Assembly: GCA_016432625.1 (NCBI GenBank)
Contig: CP066697.1
Location: forward strand, 458,561-522,560
DNA: 64,000 nt
Reading direction: 5' to 3'
Source: Candidatus Berkelbacteria bacterium
GTDB lineage: Bacteria; Patescibacteriota; UBA1384; 2-12-FULL-50-11
Shown here: positions 38,345 through 49,085 of the stretch, in pieces
Layout: every line of letters starts with the position of its first letter
Numbering within the stretch: the first letter of the stretch is position 1
The notes under the pieces: model-generated
Seen by the model: only the letters and a program-made list of their open reading frames with translations
What the model was told of the DNA's origin: nothing
Database searches by the model: none
Made by a program: the position numbers and the translations under genes

Positions 38345-40027
38345 TTATGCTAACTCAATTACGGCTTCTCGGGGTTGAAAGTCAACTAGTCGCAGCTGCA
38401 ACCGCTCCGCTCCTTGAAAGTAGTTATTCTCTAAATAGCCCAAGAAGTTACCGCTTTTAAGGCTTTGTTGCTTATAACGATCTGCCAAATCGAAACCAAT
38501 AACTTCCAGATTCCCTAGTGCCGAGTTCAATAGCATTTTAAGATGCCTGGCATCAGAGCCAATAAAACGAACATCGGCAACGTCAGCATCTCGTAAAATT
38601 AGCAGAGGCTTAGTATTACCAAGTCCGAACGGCGCCAACTTTTCGAGCGAAGATGCGACTTTGGTAGTCAAGTCGCTCTTTTCCAGAAAGGCCTCGGCAA
38701 CGTATCGCTTCACTAAGTCGTGCTCGTCAAGGCAATTAACGGCGTCCCTTTTCAGCGCCGAGGATAGTTTCTCCCAGTTGCTAGCATTCGTAGATAAACC
38801 CGCCGCCTGGGCATGCCCGCCGAAAGTTCCTAGGTGCGTCGCACATCTCGTTAGGCCGTCGACGATCGAATACTTTTCAATTGAACGCGCGCTTGCCCTA
38901 ATTTCACCGTTTTGGAGCGAGCCAACGATGACTGGTCGGCTATACTCAAAGACTAGTCGTCCGGCAACGAGCCCAACAACACCGGAGGGCCAATCTCGAC
39001 CAAAAAGAGTGAAAATTCTGTCACCGTTATCGTTCTGTTTAAATAACTGTTCACGCGCTTCCGAAAGTACCTCGTCGACCAATGATTGCCTAGTTACGTT
39101 GGCTTGTTCAATTTCTTTCGCAAGCGCTTTGGCTTTTTTCTTATCTTCGGTGAGTAACAATCTGAGTGCCGGGGTATTATCGCTTAAACGACCGCTTGCA
39201 TTAAGTCGTGGGCCGATAATGAAACCGATCGTTGAAGACGTGATACTGTCTGACTGAACACCAGCTTCTTCTAATAGTGCTTGGAGCCCAACCCGACGAT
39301 TCTGTCGCAACACTACAAGGCCATAATGGACTAAGGCGCGGTTTTCGCCGACAAGCGGCATCATGTCTGCAACGGTAGAAATGGCGACCAAATCTAAAAG
39401 CCACTTACAATACCCCTTCGTTATTTCGTGAAAATCCTCAACTAGTGCGCATACTAATTTGAATGCGAGAGCGCAGCCGCAAAGCTGGGCAAAGGGATAG
39501 GTGGAGTCCTTTCTATGCGGGTCAATTATTGCGTCAGCTACTGGGAGCTCGGGCCCGGGCAAGTGATGGTCGAGCACGATCACGCCGAGACCGGCGTCCT
39601 TAGCCATTTTTATCTCTTCGAGAGAATTTATCCCCGTATCAACGGTAATTAATAACTTCGATCGTTTAATAATTTCCTCTACTTGCTCGCAGTGCAGGCC
39701 GTAACCGGTGCTCCTTGTCGGAAGCATCACGTCGTGTGGCACATTAATTTTAGTCAGAGTCATAGATAGCAGCGCTGATGCGGGCGTGCCATCTGCGTCA
39801 TAATCGCCAAAAATCGTAACATGCGAACCGTTTTCGACAGCTTGTCTAATTAATCGCCTGGCCACGACCATATCCGGCAGTAAATTTGGATCATGTAGAT
39901 GAGCGCTATAATCTGGCTGTAAGTCGTCTGCGCTGAATCCCCGTAGCAGGCAAAGATGCTCTAATAAATCTCTATTTAAACGTTTTCTGACGCTCCAACG
40001 ACTTTCGCGTGTGTGCTGGTTCATCAC
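38345..40027 (-). CDS. recJ: ssDNA-specific exonuclease RecJ
   Basis: DHH and DHHA1 motifs (VIVLDHH). Confidence 0.85.
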   Translation of the reverse strand: MMNQHTRESRWSVRKRLNRDLLEHLCLLRGFSADDLQPDYSAHLHDPNLLPDMVVARRLIRQAVENGSHVTIFGDYDADGTPASALLSMTLTKINVPHDVMLPTRSTGYGLHCEQVEEIIKRSKLLITVDTGINSLEEIKMAKDAGLGVIVLDHHLPGPELPVADAIIDPHRKDSTYPFAQLCGCALAFKLVCALVEDFHEITKGYCKWLLDLVAISTVADMMPLVGENRALVHYGLVVLRQNRRVGLQALLEEAGVQSDSITSSTIGFIIGPRLNASGRLSDNTPALRLLLTEDKKKAKALAKEIEQANVTRQSLVDEVLSEAREQLFKQNDNGDRIFTLFGRDWPSGVVGLVAGRLVFEYSRPVIVGSLQNGEIRASARSIEKYSIVDGLTRCATHLGTFGGHAQAAGLSTNASNWEKLSSALKRDAVNCLDEHDLVKRYVAEAFLEKSDLTTKVASSLEKLAPFGLGNTKPLLILRDADVADVRFIGSDARHLKMLLNSALGNLEVIGFDLADRYKQQSLKSGNFLGYLENNYFQGAERLQLRLVDFQPREAVIELA

Positions 40028-40833
40028 TTGTAATAAACGTATCCGGGGATTCGTAGATCAACTCTCTCCTTAATAGAACCACCTCTCTCCTTGAGCAGGG
40101 TCCGCAACGCTTTAACCTGTGATTCAATTGGCTGGGTAGAAATAAAGAGAGCGGTGAGTTCTTTCTGCACCGGCTGACCATCGGCTCCAACGTAACTAGT
40201 GATAAGCGCCCCCAGCTGATAGAGCGAATCCGCGACAAACAAGCTTTTGGTCGTGACTGATTGCTCGCTCAGTATTTTTTTCAGTCGGATCACCTGCTCG
40301 ACGATTTCGCGACTGGCGACCTGGGAACCTAAGTTACTGTCAGTGTTAACGCGATCTTCGAGGAGCGGAACATCTAGAGGCTGCCCACTTTTTTCAGCAT
40401 AGAGCACGCCCTCCTCATCTACCAAAAACTCTCGACCGCTCTGAACCCATATTATCGCCGGTGAACGCATCGTTGCCTGACAAGATAAGCTACTCGGCAA
40501 ACCACGATGGCAAGTAAGGGCAGCCAGGGATCGTTCTTGGCGTAGCCAACGCTCCGTTGTGCGACTAACGGTACTAGAGAATATCGACTGCCCGACTAAC
40601 GATTGAAGCTCCTCTTTTAAAAGGGCGTTGTCCGCGCCCTCAATATTCACCTGTTTTATCTTAAAGACTGGCAATCTGCTTAAAGCAAATATTACCGCTA
40701 CAACAAAAAGAACTCGCACAACCGGACGCCAAGCCAAAGAATTGGAAACACCGCCGTTTGCGGAAAGGCGCTTGGGTGGAACGTAACTAGTGTTAAATAC
40801 CTTAGGTGTTTTACCCGTGCCTGATTGGCGCAT
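40024..40833 (-). CDS. ftsQ: Cell division protein FtsQ/DivIB
   Basis: TM plus POTRA (IKQVNIEGA) in the terminal dcw position. Confidence 0.6.
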   Translation of the reverse strand: MRQSGTGKTPKVFNTSYVPPKRLSANGGVSNSLAWRPVVRVLFVVAVIFALSRLPVFKIKQVNIEGADNALLKEELQSLVGQSIFSSTVSRTTERWLRQERSLAALTCHRGLPSSLSCQATMRSPAIIWVQSGREFLVDEEGVLYAEKSGQPLDVPLLEDRVNTDSNLGSQVASREIVEQVIRLKKILSEQSVTTKSLFVADSLYQLGALITSYVGADGQPVQKELTALFISTQPIESQVKALRTLLKERGGSIKERVDLRIPGYVYYK

Positions 40834-41788
40834 TATCCTCCTCTTTAGACGGCCAGTACCCCAAGTAACTCATTCGCTCCTCCAGTTCGATGCCGTACCC
40901 GGCTGCAAGTTGTCGTAATTGTTCAATGAGTTCTCGGTAAGTACTGCTACCAACTCGGCCAGTGGCGGTGGCGATACCAGTGGTCGGGTTAAATTTTAAC
41001 CCTAGAACGCGTAATTTACGACCCGCCGGGTGAAGTGAGGGTTGAGCTTCGAAGGCCGGCCGTGTCAGACTACCAACTTGCGGTTGGGATAAATTTACCA
41101 GCGCACTTCGAGCCTTATTAATATGAAGACGGCGAACGATCTCTTCTTGGGGTAATAAGGCAAATTGCAGTTTAACATTTAAGATGACCGGCGGGAAAAT
41201 ACTCGGCCGAGTTAGCAGCGAATCATACGGTTTAAACTGCAACTCCGCGCCGGTGATGGTGACAATTTTGTGTTCCTCGCCGTCTGTTACCCAGCATGTA
41301 ACGTCTTTAACATGAGCGCTTATCGACAAGTTTCCTACCGTAGCGTTGCTAACTACTGCACCACCGATGGAGCCAGGCACGTTACTCAAGAATTCAATGC
41401 CTCCAAGATTCTTTGAGGCAGCAGCAGTTAGCAATGCTTGATTGGTAGTACCGCTTGATACCGTAACGACACTTGAGCCTTGCGTGAAACTGATACCGCT
41501 GGAACGGTTGACGATGACAAGGCCGGGAAAACCGACCTCACTAGGCAAAGTGCCAGTACCTCCACCGATAACGGCATACTCGAGCTTGTTTTCAACGGCA
41601 ATTTCAGCCGCGTCTGTTAAATCTTCCGGCGAGGTGGCGATAACAACGTACTCGCTAACCCCACCAACAGAAGCTGATACGTAAAGCGCAAGCGGCTGAT
41701 TATTTAAGAACCGTTCCGCGAAGCGGGAACGGAATTTAGAGTTAATGCTCTCGGAGGTTCTGGAGTTTTTCGTAAATTTTATAGACAT
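40811..41788 (-). CDS. murB: UDP-N-acetylenolpyruvoylglucosamine reductase
   Basis: FAD-binding MurB fold; dcw context. Confidence 0.75.
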   Translation of the reverse strand: MSIKFTKNSRTSESINSKFRSRFAERFLNNQPLALYVSASVGGVSEYVVIATSPEDLTDAAEIAVENKLEYAVIGGGTGTLPSEVGFPGLVIVNRSSGISFTQGSSVVTVSSGTTNQALLTAAASKNLGGIEFLSNVPGSIGGAVVSNATVGNLSISAHVKDVTCWVTDGEEHKIVTITGAELQFKPYDSLLTRPSIFPPVILNVKLQFALLPQEEIVRRLHINKARSALVNLSQPQVGSLTRPAFEAQPSLHPAGRKLRVLGLKFNPTTGIATATGRVGSSTYRELIEQLRQLAAGYGIELEERMSYLGYWPSKEEDNAPIRHG

Positions 41789-43172
41789 CCCCCGCTCCCA
41801 CTAAAAAGACAACGTCGTTACTATCGATAGACCCACCTAAATAAGTTGCCGCCTCCTCTAGGCTTGAACGATATTCGGTTTCCTTTTTCAGCTTCCTGAC
41901 CTCTTCGACAAGGTCTTTGATGGTTACGTAACCGCTCTTTTCTCTGGCCGAAGCGAAGATGTTTAAGAGAATAAGCCGATCCGCCTTCGCCAGACTCGAC
42001 GCAAACTCCTTCAAGAGTTTACCGGTCCGACTATAAGTATGTGGCTGAAAAACCAAGGTTAGCTTCTTCGTTGGGAATTTCGATCTCACCGTGGCAATCA
42101 GATAGTCCAGCGCGGTAGGGTGGTGAGCGTAATCCTGATAGATCGATGCGCCATTGTATTGACCCATCTTCTCGAACCGACGAGCAGGTCCGCTAAAACT
42201 GCCAACAGCCCTAACCACGGCTTGTTCACTAACGCCAAGCCGTAAGGACATCACAATTGCCCCGGTAGCATTTAGCACATTGTGAGCGCCAGGCAATTTT
42301 AAGGTGAATGGTCCAAGCTTCTTTTCCCCGTTCTTAATTGAAAATGACGTCGCTTCACCACTCTCGTCGTGATCGATAATTTGGAACTGGGCTTGTGAGC
42401 CAAAACCGTACGTTAAGCTCTTGAGATCAACCCGGCGAGAGGCTAGGCGTCGGACGAGCGGTGAGTCGATACACGCGACAATCGTGCCGTCACGCGGAAT
42501 TTTAATCGACAAGTCGTAGAACGCTTTGTAAACGTCCTCAGCCGACTCGTAAACATCGGGATGATCTAGCTCAATACTGGTGATAATGACGTGCTTCAAC
42601 GGCAAATCCATAAAGCGCGGCGTTTTGTCCTGTTCGGATTTCTTGTACTCATCTGCTTCAACCACAAAATATTTGCCGTCGCCGATATGGGCATTACCTT
42701 CAAGGTCGCGAACATCAGGAGCGCCGATCGCGTAGCTTGGGGAGAAACCGGCCTCTTTGAGAATATAAGCCAGCAGTGATGTCGTAGTAGTTTTGCCATG
42801 GACGCCAGCAACGCCAACACCCTCAAACTTCTCTATCACTTTGCCCAATGCTTCGGAATGAGTAAGGATAGTAATCCGGCCTGATTTGGCCGCTTTGTAT
42901 TCAGGGTTTTGCACCCCAAATGCCGCGGAAATAACCACAATATCTGGTTTGAATTGCTTAATATTTGCTTGGTCGAAACCGATTTTTGGCTCGATACCGA
43001 GCTCGGCGAAGCGGCGTTCCGTCGCTTCGTCAGCATATGAGCCGCTATCGTCGCTCCCCGCCACCTCATAGCCTAAACTCTTCATCATTACCGCCAAACC
43101 TGACATCGCTACTCCCCTTATGCCGATAAAATAGTAACGATGTGGCACTTTATTTTTTCTGGCCATTTTCAA
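41742..43172 (-). CDS. murC: UDP-N-acetylmuramate--L-alanine ligase
   Basis: GIRGVAMSGLA N-terminus; Mur ligase domains. Confidence 0.85.
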   Translation of the reverse strand: MKMARKNKVPHRYYFIGIRGVAMSGLAVMMKSLGYEVAGSDDSGSYADEATERRFAELGIEPKIGFDQANIKQFKPDIVVISAAFGVQNPEYKAAKSGRITILTHSEALGKVIEKFEGVGVAGVHGKTTTTSLLAYILKEAGFSPSYAIGAPDVRDLEGNAHIGDGKYFVVEADEYKKSEQDKTPRFMDLPLKHVIITSIELDHPDVYESAEDVYKAFYDLSIKIPRDGTIVACIDSPLVRRLASRRVDLKSLTYGFGSQAQFQIIDHDESGEATSFSIKNGEKKLGPFTLKLPGAHNVLNATGAIVMSLRLGVSEQAVVRAVGSFSGPARRFEKMGQYNGASIYQDYAHHPTALDYLIATVRSKFPTKKLTLVFQPHTYSRTGKLLKEFASSLAKADRLILLNIFASAREKSGYVTIKDLVEEVRKLKKETEYRSSLEEAATYLGGSIDSNDVVFLVGAGDVYKIYEKLQNLREH

Positions 43173-44265
43173 TCTCCCGAATAATCATTTCAATCGCGTC
43201 CTCATTATAAAAGTAGCCTTTTAATTTCATTCCCAGCACACTCAACTCAGCTCGGTCATTTAAGAGCGCCGATAAATTCTCATACAACTTATCAGGCGAG
43301 AGCTGATACTCCTCGCGCATAATTACAGCGTGCTCACGCTTAAGAGTTTTTGCGTTTTCAACTTGATGATTACCGGCAGCTGTTGGTAGCGGGATTAGAT
43401 ACATTGCCTTGCCGAACAGGGCTCCCTCAGCAACTGTTGTCGAACCAGCCCGGCTGACAACAACATCAGCGGCTTGAAAATAATAAGCTAGCTCACGGTC
43501 CAAGAAACTAAAAGGCTTGTACGCTGCCCGGTCCTTTTTATCTAAGCTGTCCTGTAATTTTTGATAAATACTGGCTTCTCTCTCGCCTGTCACATGAACA
43601 ATGTCGGCAGTTGCCACAAGCTTTTTGACAACTTGGCGTATCAGGGAATTGATTGCTGATGCACCTTGAATTCCGCCCAGAATTAGAACCAACGGCCGTG
43701 TTTTTTTGGGCGAACGAAGACGAGCCGCCTGACGAAGCGTCTTCCTTATCGGTATACCAACTTGTAGGTAACGAGAGTCGTGATTGGGATAAACCTCTGG
43801 AGCAAACGCAGTAAAAACTCGAGCGGCAAATCTAGCCGAAAGACGATTTGTTAGCCCCATAACCGAGTCTGATTCGTGGATAAATACTGGTTTTCGCAGT
43901 ACCCAGGCTGCGTAAACCATCGGCAAAGCAACGTAGCCGCCCTTACTCATGACCGCTGTTGCCCCAGTTTTAATCAATAAACGTAAGGCCTGAAAAAAGC
44001 CCTCAATTGTTCGAAAAGCGCTAATCAAATTGGCTAGCGTGGTCCCAAGCGTCAGTTGTCGCCGCATTTTACCAGCAGCTATTGGCTGAAATTGCCAACC
44101 CAGTTCTTTAACGATAGCCTCTTCCCGCCCGCCTTTCTCACCAACGAAGACAAATGGCTTCGACTGAGCCGCCAGCTCCTCGCCAATCGCAACAAGCGGA
44201 AAAATATGACCGCCAGTGCCACCTCCCACAAGAATTATTGGTTTTGGTTGCTTTGATAAATTCAC
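43150..44265 (-). CDS. murG: Lipid II synthase MurG
   Basis: GGTGGHIFP GT28 motif. Confidence 0.85.
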   Translation of the reverse strand: MNLSKQPKPIILVGGGTGGHIFPLVAIGEELAAQSKPFVFVGEKGGREEAIVKELGWQFQPIAAGKMRRQLTLGTTLANLISAFRTIEGFFQALRLLIKTGATAVMSKGGYVALPMVYAAWVLRKPVFIHESDSVMGLTNRLSARFAARVFTAFAPEVYPNHDSRYLQVGIPIRKTLRQAARLRSPKKTRPLVLILGGIQGASAINSLIRQVVKKLVATADIVHVTGEREASIYQKLQDSLDKKDRAAYKPFSFLDRELAYYFQAADVVVSRAGSTTVAEGALFGKAMYLIPLPTAAGNHQVENAKTLKREHAVIMREEYQLSPDKLYENLSALLNDRAELSVLGMKLKGYFYNEDAIEMIIREIENGQKK

Positions 44266-44312
44266 GTCGCTTCAAGAGCGAATATACCTTTAACCTTACG
44301 GATTGGCAAACC

Positions 44313-45428
44313 TTAACCTTCGAGTCTTTCGCGAGAAACGTTTGTCAGTAATCCAAGAGCGGCTAGCGAAATTATTAATGACGAACCGCCGTAGCTGATG
44401 AACGGCAATGGTACCCCTGTCAGGGGCAGCACGCTCAAAATCCCAGCGATATTTACTAGAGCCTGAGCAATAAAAGCAGTTGAGATCCCAGCCGCCAGGA
44501 GTTGGGCAAACTTACTATTGGCGTGCAACGCCACCAGAAAACCGCGCCACGCTAGATATAAATATGCCAGTAGTACTAGGCTTGTTCGCACGAAACCCAG
44601 CTCTTCGGCAATCACGGCGAATATTGAGTCGGTGTGTGCTTGAGGCAAGTAGGCGTACTTACTCGTTCCTTGCCCGAAACCTACGCCCCACAACCCCCCG
44701 CTGCCAACAGCAATTAAGGCTTGATGGGTATGATAGGCTTCGCCGAGGGTATCGGCCGTGTTATTGATCTTGTTCAAATATGAAGTAAGTCGCTGCATGC
44801 GGTACGGCGCGGCAAAGATTAAACCCATTAACAGAACAGCGCCGGCGACGCAGAGGGCAAGAAACTGCAGCAGCTGAGCCTTGGCGGCAAAAAAGATCGT
44901 CATTGCGGTGATCAATATAACGAACGTCGTACCAAGATCTGGCTCCGCCATCACAAGCAGGGTAATCACTCCCGCTACGACGATAAACGGCACCAGGACT
45001 TTGGTCGGCTCCCCCATCTTATTAGCTTTGGCAGCAAAAAATCCCGCAAAGAAAATAATCATCAGTAGCTTGGCAAGTTCAGCCGGTTGAAATTGAAAAA
45101 ATCCCAGATCGATCCATCTATGCACTCCGGCAATTCTGGGACCGATAATCGGTACAAAGACAAGTAGTAATGTGACGACAGTTATCCAGAGAAGCCTTGT
45201 CCGGTTCTCGTAAAGCGTATCAAGCGGAATTTTTAGGAAATATAAGAACCCGCCAACTCCTATCAACCACGCAACCAGCTGCCTGATGAAGAAATAATAG
45301 GAATTATCGTAACGGTCGGCGGCAAGAATTTGTGAGGAGGATAAGATCATCACTAGGCCAAATAGTGAAAGGGCGAAACCCACAATCGGGATAGTCGTAT
45401 CGGCCTTACGGCGAAGCTTGAAGTTCAT
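44313..45428 (-). CDS. ftsW: SEDS protein FtsW
   Basis: FtsW/RodA family between murD and murG. Confidence 0.8.
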   Translation of the reverse strand: MNFKLRRKADTTIPIVGFALSLFGLVMILSSSQILAADRYDNSYYFFIRQLVAWLIGVGGFLYFLKIPLDTLYENRTRLLWITVVTLLLVFVPIIGPRIAGVHRWIDLGFFQFQPAELAKLLMIIFFAGFFAAKANKMGEPTKVLVPFIVVAGVITLLVMAEPDLGTTFVILITAMTIFFAAKAQLLQFLALCVAGAVLLMGLIFAAPYRMQRLTSYLNKINNTADTLGEAYHTHQALIAVGSGGLWGVGFGQGTSKYAYLPQAHTDSIFAVIAEELGFVRTSLVLLAYLYLAWRGFLVALHANSKFAQLLAAGISTAFIAQALVNIAGILSVLPLTGVPLPFISYGGSSLIISLAALGLLTNVSRERLEG

Positions 45429-45547
45429 CGTTCAGAATTCTCGCAATTAACAAAATTGCTCGAAAGCATCACTAGGCCAAATAGTGAAAGGGCGAAACCC
45501 ACAATCGGGATAGTCGTATCGGCCTTACGGCGTAACTTGAAATTCAT
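45425..45547 (-). other. 40-codon upstream ORF whose first 27 aa duplicate the FtsW N-terminus; ATGA-overlapped with the murD stop and the ftsW start
   Basis: 81-nt near-identical direct repeat (two synonymous differences) of 45348-45428 at 45467-45547. The uORF stop TGA overlaps the ftsW ATG, and the murD TGA overlaps the uORF ATG. Confidence 0.4.
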
Positions 45548-46935
45548 GAACGGACCAAACTCTTGAAAATATCTCCGCGCTCCGCGGCGTTTTTGAACAT
45601 ATCTTTGCTGGCACAGCCAGGTGAGAGTAGTATAACGTCCCCCTCACTTGACAGCTGTCGCGCCTTTTCAACTGCTTCGTCCAGGCTCTTCCCACCATCT
45701 AGTATTTTGGTTTGCGCCGCGTGGATCTTGAGAGCAGCGGCAATCTTCGGCGCTTCTTGACCGATTAACACCACTCCTTTTACCGCTGAAGACGCTACTG
45801 CTTTGGCGAACTCATCAAAACTTGCCCCTTTCGTCGAGCCACCTGCAATCAACACCACTGGCTCTGTAAAAGCGGTTAGCGCAGCGATCGTTGCTTCAGG
45901 GGCAGTGGCGTAAGAGTCGTCCACATAACGACGGCCTTGCGCTACTCCAACATCTTCTAGGCGATGTGGGAGTGGTTTGAAGTGACGTAGGCCCTTTTCA
46001 ATTGCCGAGATCTTAACGCCGAAGGTTTCACAAACAGCAATCGCCATAGTCGCGTTCAAAAAAACATGTTGTCCACGCAGATTTAGTTTTGCTAAAGCAG
46101 TAAATTTTTCACCGTTACGGTACACCACGCCTTGCGGATCAACGTTCCAGTGTGTTTGATACGCCGCCTGTGAAACAGCGATTTTTTTGGCCTTAGAGAC
46201 GCTAGCAATGGCTGTCGACTCGGCGTTGTCGGCAGCAAAGACCAGCCAATCATCCTGACTTTGGTGGAGGGTGATATGAGCCTTGGCAGCGACGTAGTCA
46301 TTCATGGTTTGGTGATAGTTAGGACTCGCTACGCTCAAGGGCTTAAGATGGTCCTCTGTGATCGGCAGAACAACGGCGACGTGTGGGCTATTCTTAAGGT
46401 CCTCCAGTTGGAAGCTCGACAGCTCCAGGACAACGATCGACGACTGTGTCAGCTCATCGAAAACAGAAAAAATTGGCTTGCCGATATTGCCCGCGACAAC
46501 AACCGACTTGCCGGCGGCTTGCAGTATCTCCCCAATCATCGTCGAAGTAGTGCCTTTGCCCTTCGTGCCCGTAACCCCAACCACAACCGATTTCGTCATC
46601 GCCAGGAATAAGTCAGTGGCGCTGGTTATAACCGGCCGATCTTTAACCTTTCTCAATGACGCCTCGACGCGTTCAATAGGTAAGCCGGGCGAGCGGAAGA
46701 CGTAGTCATACCGGCCCAGATCTTCTAAATGCTTATCTCCGGTAACGATTTTAACGTCTGGGAAATGGTAACTAAAATCCTTGGGCAGGGCGTCGGGATT
46801 TTGCTCGCAAAGAAATACGGTCGCTTTAACTTTAACCAGGTGTGGAACGAGACTTAGGTTCTCCAATCCAGCGCCCAATAACCCAACCTGTTTGTAGCGA
46901 AAATCTTCCCACCCCATCACCTGGTAGTATCTCAA
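45544..46935 (-). CDS. murD: UDP-N-acetylmuramoylalanine--D-glutamate ligase
   Basis: GVTGTKGKGTT P-loop; MurD order in the dcw cluster. Confidence 0.85.
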   Translation of the reverse strand: MRYYQVMGWEDFRYKQVGLLGAGLENLSLVPHLVKVKATVFLCEQNPDALPKDFSYHFPDVKIVTGDKHLEDLGRYDYVFRSPGLPIERVEASLRKVKDRPVITSATDLFLAMTKSVVVGVTGTKGKGTTSTMIGEILQAAGKSVVVAGNIGKPIFSVFDELTQSSIVVLELSSFQLEDLKNSPHVAVVLPITEDHLKPLSVASPNYHQTMNDYVAAKAHITLHQSQDDWLVFAADNAESTAIASVSKAKKIAVSQAAYQTHWNVDPQGVVYRNGEKFTALAKLNLRGQHVFLNATMAIAVCETFGVKISAIEKGLRHFKPLPHRLEDVGVAQGRRYVDDSYATAPEATIAALTAFTEPVVLIAGGSTKGASFDEFAKAVASSAVKGVVLIGQEAPKIAAALKIHAAQTKILDGGKSLDEAVEKARQLSSEGDVILLSPGCASKDMFKNAAERGDIFKSLVRS

Positions 46936-46959
46936 AGAATACCTGTTGTGAGAACCCGC

Positions 46960-47982
46960 TTAGCGGCTAACTACTTCGACAAAAAGTCCGATCATTGCCA
47001 TGACAGCGGAGATAATCCAAAAACGCATCGTGACACGCGGCTCCGGCCAACCGATTGCCTGGAAATGGTGGTGTATCGGCGCCGAGAGAAATATTTTCTT
47101 TCCTTGCCGAAGCTTCTTCGACAAAATCTGAATAATCGCCGAGAGTCCTTCCGCCCAGAGTACAAAAGCGATAATTGGCAGAATAAACACCGTGTCGGTC
47201 AAAAACGCTATTACCCCTAAAGTCATCCCTAACGCCATAGCGCCAGTATCCCCCATGAAGAACCTTGCCGGATAAACGTTGAACCAGAGGAAGGCGAGCA
47301 AGGCGCCTAGTATTGTGCCGCAGAACGCCGCTAGCTCTGTTTTGTCTTGCAGCAAGGCAATAATGCCGTAGGCAGCAAAACAGCTCGCCATCACTCCGCC
47401 CGCCAACCCATCTAAGCCGTCGGTTTCGTTGGCAGAGAAGGTGGTGAAAACTAAAACAGCGATGAAAATAGGGATGTACCAGATACCGATTTCAATTTGT
47501 CCCAGCCAAGGAACGGAAATAATACTGAATTCGAGCTTGAAGAAGAACCACCAGGCGCCAACTAAGGCAATTAGCGTGTAAAGCAAAAGTTTCCAGCGAA
47601 ATCGTAGGCCGCCACGATTCGGTCCGACTCCAAAGATATTCATCAGATCATCGGCAGCACCGACAAAGCCGGTACTCACGAGAGTGAATAACGGCAGCCA
47701 AGTCTGGCCCCGGTTAAGATTCATTAATAAGGTAATAACAGCGGCCGTAATCCAAATCAGCAAGCCGCCCATCGTGGGCGTATTTTCCTTGTGCTTATGT
47801 AACGAGTAAAAAATTGGCGCGTTTTTTTCGTCAAAACCTGTTTGGCGAATCCGTTTGCCTAGTCGATTTTTGTAAAGGAAGTCAGTAAAAAGCGGCGTCC
47901 ATAGTATCGCCACGAGAAAGGAGAGGGTCGCGAGCCAGAATGTCTTGGCAAGTGCGAAGTTGCCACCGTCTAAGAAGTCCAT
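46960..47982 (-). CDS. mraY: Phospho-MurNAc-pentapeptide translocase
   Basis: Polytopic; DDxxN/D motifs. Confidence 0.9.
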   Translation of the reverse strand: MDFLDGGNFALAKTFWLATLSFLVAILWTPLFTDFLYKNRLGKRIRQTGFDEKNAPIFYSLHKHKENTPTMGGLLIWITAAVITLLMNLNRGQTWLPLFTLVSTGFVGAADDLMNIFGVGPNRGGLRFRWKLLLYTLIALVGAWWFFFKLEFSIISVPWLGQIEIGIWYIPIFIAVLVFTTFSANETDGLDGLAGGVMASCFAAYGIIALLQDKTELAAFCGTILGALLAFLWFNVYPARFFMGDTGAMALGMTLGVIAFLTDTVFILPIIAFVLWAEGLSAIIQILSKKLRQGKKIFLSAPIHHHFQAIGWPEPRVTMRFWIISAVMAMIGLFVEVVSR

Positions 47983-47985
47983 TGT

Positions 47986-49041
47986 TTAATGTAACGCCTC
48001 CACAATATGGTCTGTTCTAATCCCGTGGGATCCTTTGACTAGTATGCTAGCAGCTTCTGGTAACTCCGCAACTACCTTATCGGCAGCTTCAGCGCTAGTT
48101 GGGTACCACTTGTCTGGTTTATAGTGCTTCGCTAGTTCGCCAACACCGATGACTTTATCTGCCAGTTGATGTGCCATTATGCCAACTTCCTCATGGAACT
48201 TAACTTCCTGCGAACCAAGTTCAAGCATTGAGCCCAGGATAGCAACGCGGGGCTTAGGCATTTTTGAGAGTTCTTCCAAGGCGGCTCGCATCGATACGGG
48301 CGAGGCGTTATAGGAGTCATCAATCACCTTGTACCGACCGGAGATGTGTTGCAATCGCCCAGCCGGACGCCAATCGCCTAGTAGCGCCTCACCGATAGTT
48401 TTAGGGTCGATTTTCAAGTGCTTGCCGACAAGCTCAGCAACGCGGTGAGCGATCTCGGCGGTAGGGCACTCAAACTCAACTACCTGGGCGCGTGATCGTT
48501 TTAAGTGCGTTTTGAAAAATGGGTCGTTCCGGTTAAGCAGTACCAGCCCGCTAGGTTTAGTAGCTTGGGCTAAATTGCCTTTTTCCTCGCCCAGCTGTTC
48601 GGAAGACTCGTAATTCATGAGGTGAGCCTCGCCGACCAAAGTAATGATGCCGATATCGGGTGTTATATGCTCGAGGAGCTCCGCCAAGTCACCGGGCTTA
48701 TCGGCTCCCATTTCAATGACTAGATATTTTGGCAGCTTATTGGTGAACGAGCGCCATATCGCTGCGAGCAGAATGAACGGCCACTGCCAGCTAATTTTTT
48801 GTTTATAGAAATCCACCTTAAAGCCTAGGATTGCCATGGGTAGTCCTAAGTAAGTGTTGAGGTTCCCGTAGCCAACCCTAACTTGGCTCTCTCCATACGC
48901 CCGCTTTAAGACCGCACCGACTGCTTCTTTAGTGCTAGTTTTGGCAATCGACCCGGTAATAGCAATAATAAACGGCTTATCGTTTGCGAGTCGGCTGTTG
49001 GCAGACAACCATAGTAAGAACGCCCTTAAATCCATAAACAA
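47986..49041 (-). CDS. murF: MurF-like Mur ligase lacking the N-terminal domain (351 aa)
   Basis: ITGSIAKTSTKE P-loop, GNLNTYLGLP, and C-terminal Mur ligase domain; shorter than canonical MurF/MurE. Confidence 0.6.
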   Translation of the reverse strand: MFMDLRAFLLWLSANSRLANDKPFIIAITGSIAKTSTKEAVGAVLKRAYGESQVRVGYGNLNTYLGLPMAILGFKVDFYKQKISWQWPFILLAAIWRSFTNKLPKYLVIEMGADKPGDLAELLEHITPDIGIITLVGEAHLMNYESSEQLGEEKGNLAQATKPSGLVLLNRNDPFFKTHLKRSRAQVVEFECPTAEIAHRVAELVGKHLKIDPKTIGEALLGDWRPAGRLQHISGRYKVIDDSYNASPVSMRAALEELSKMPKPRVAILGSMLELGSQEVKFHEEVGIMAHQLADKVIGVGELAKHYKPDKWYPTSAEAADKVVAELPEAASILVKGSHGIRTDHIVEALH

Positions 49042-49085
49042 ATCTTAACGACTAGGAGCCCTTGGGGCAATCGTCTAGTGCGGGA

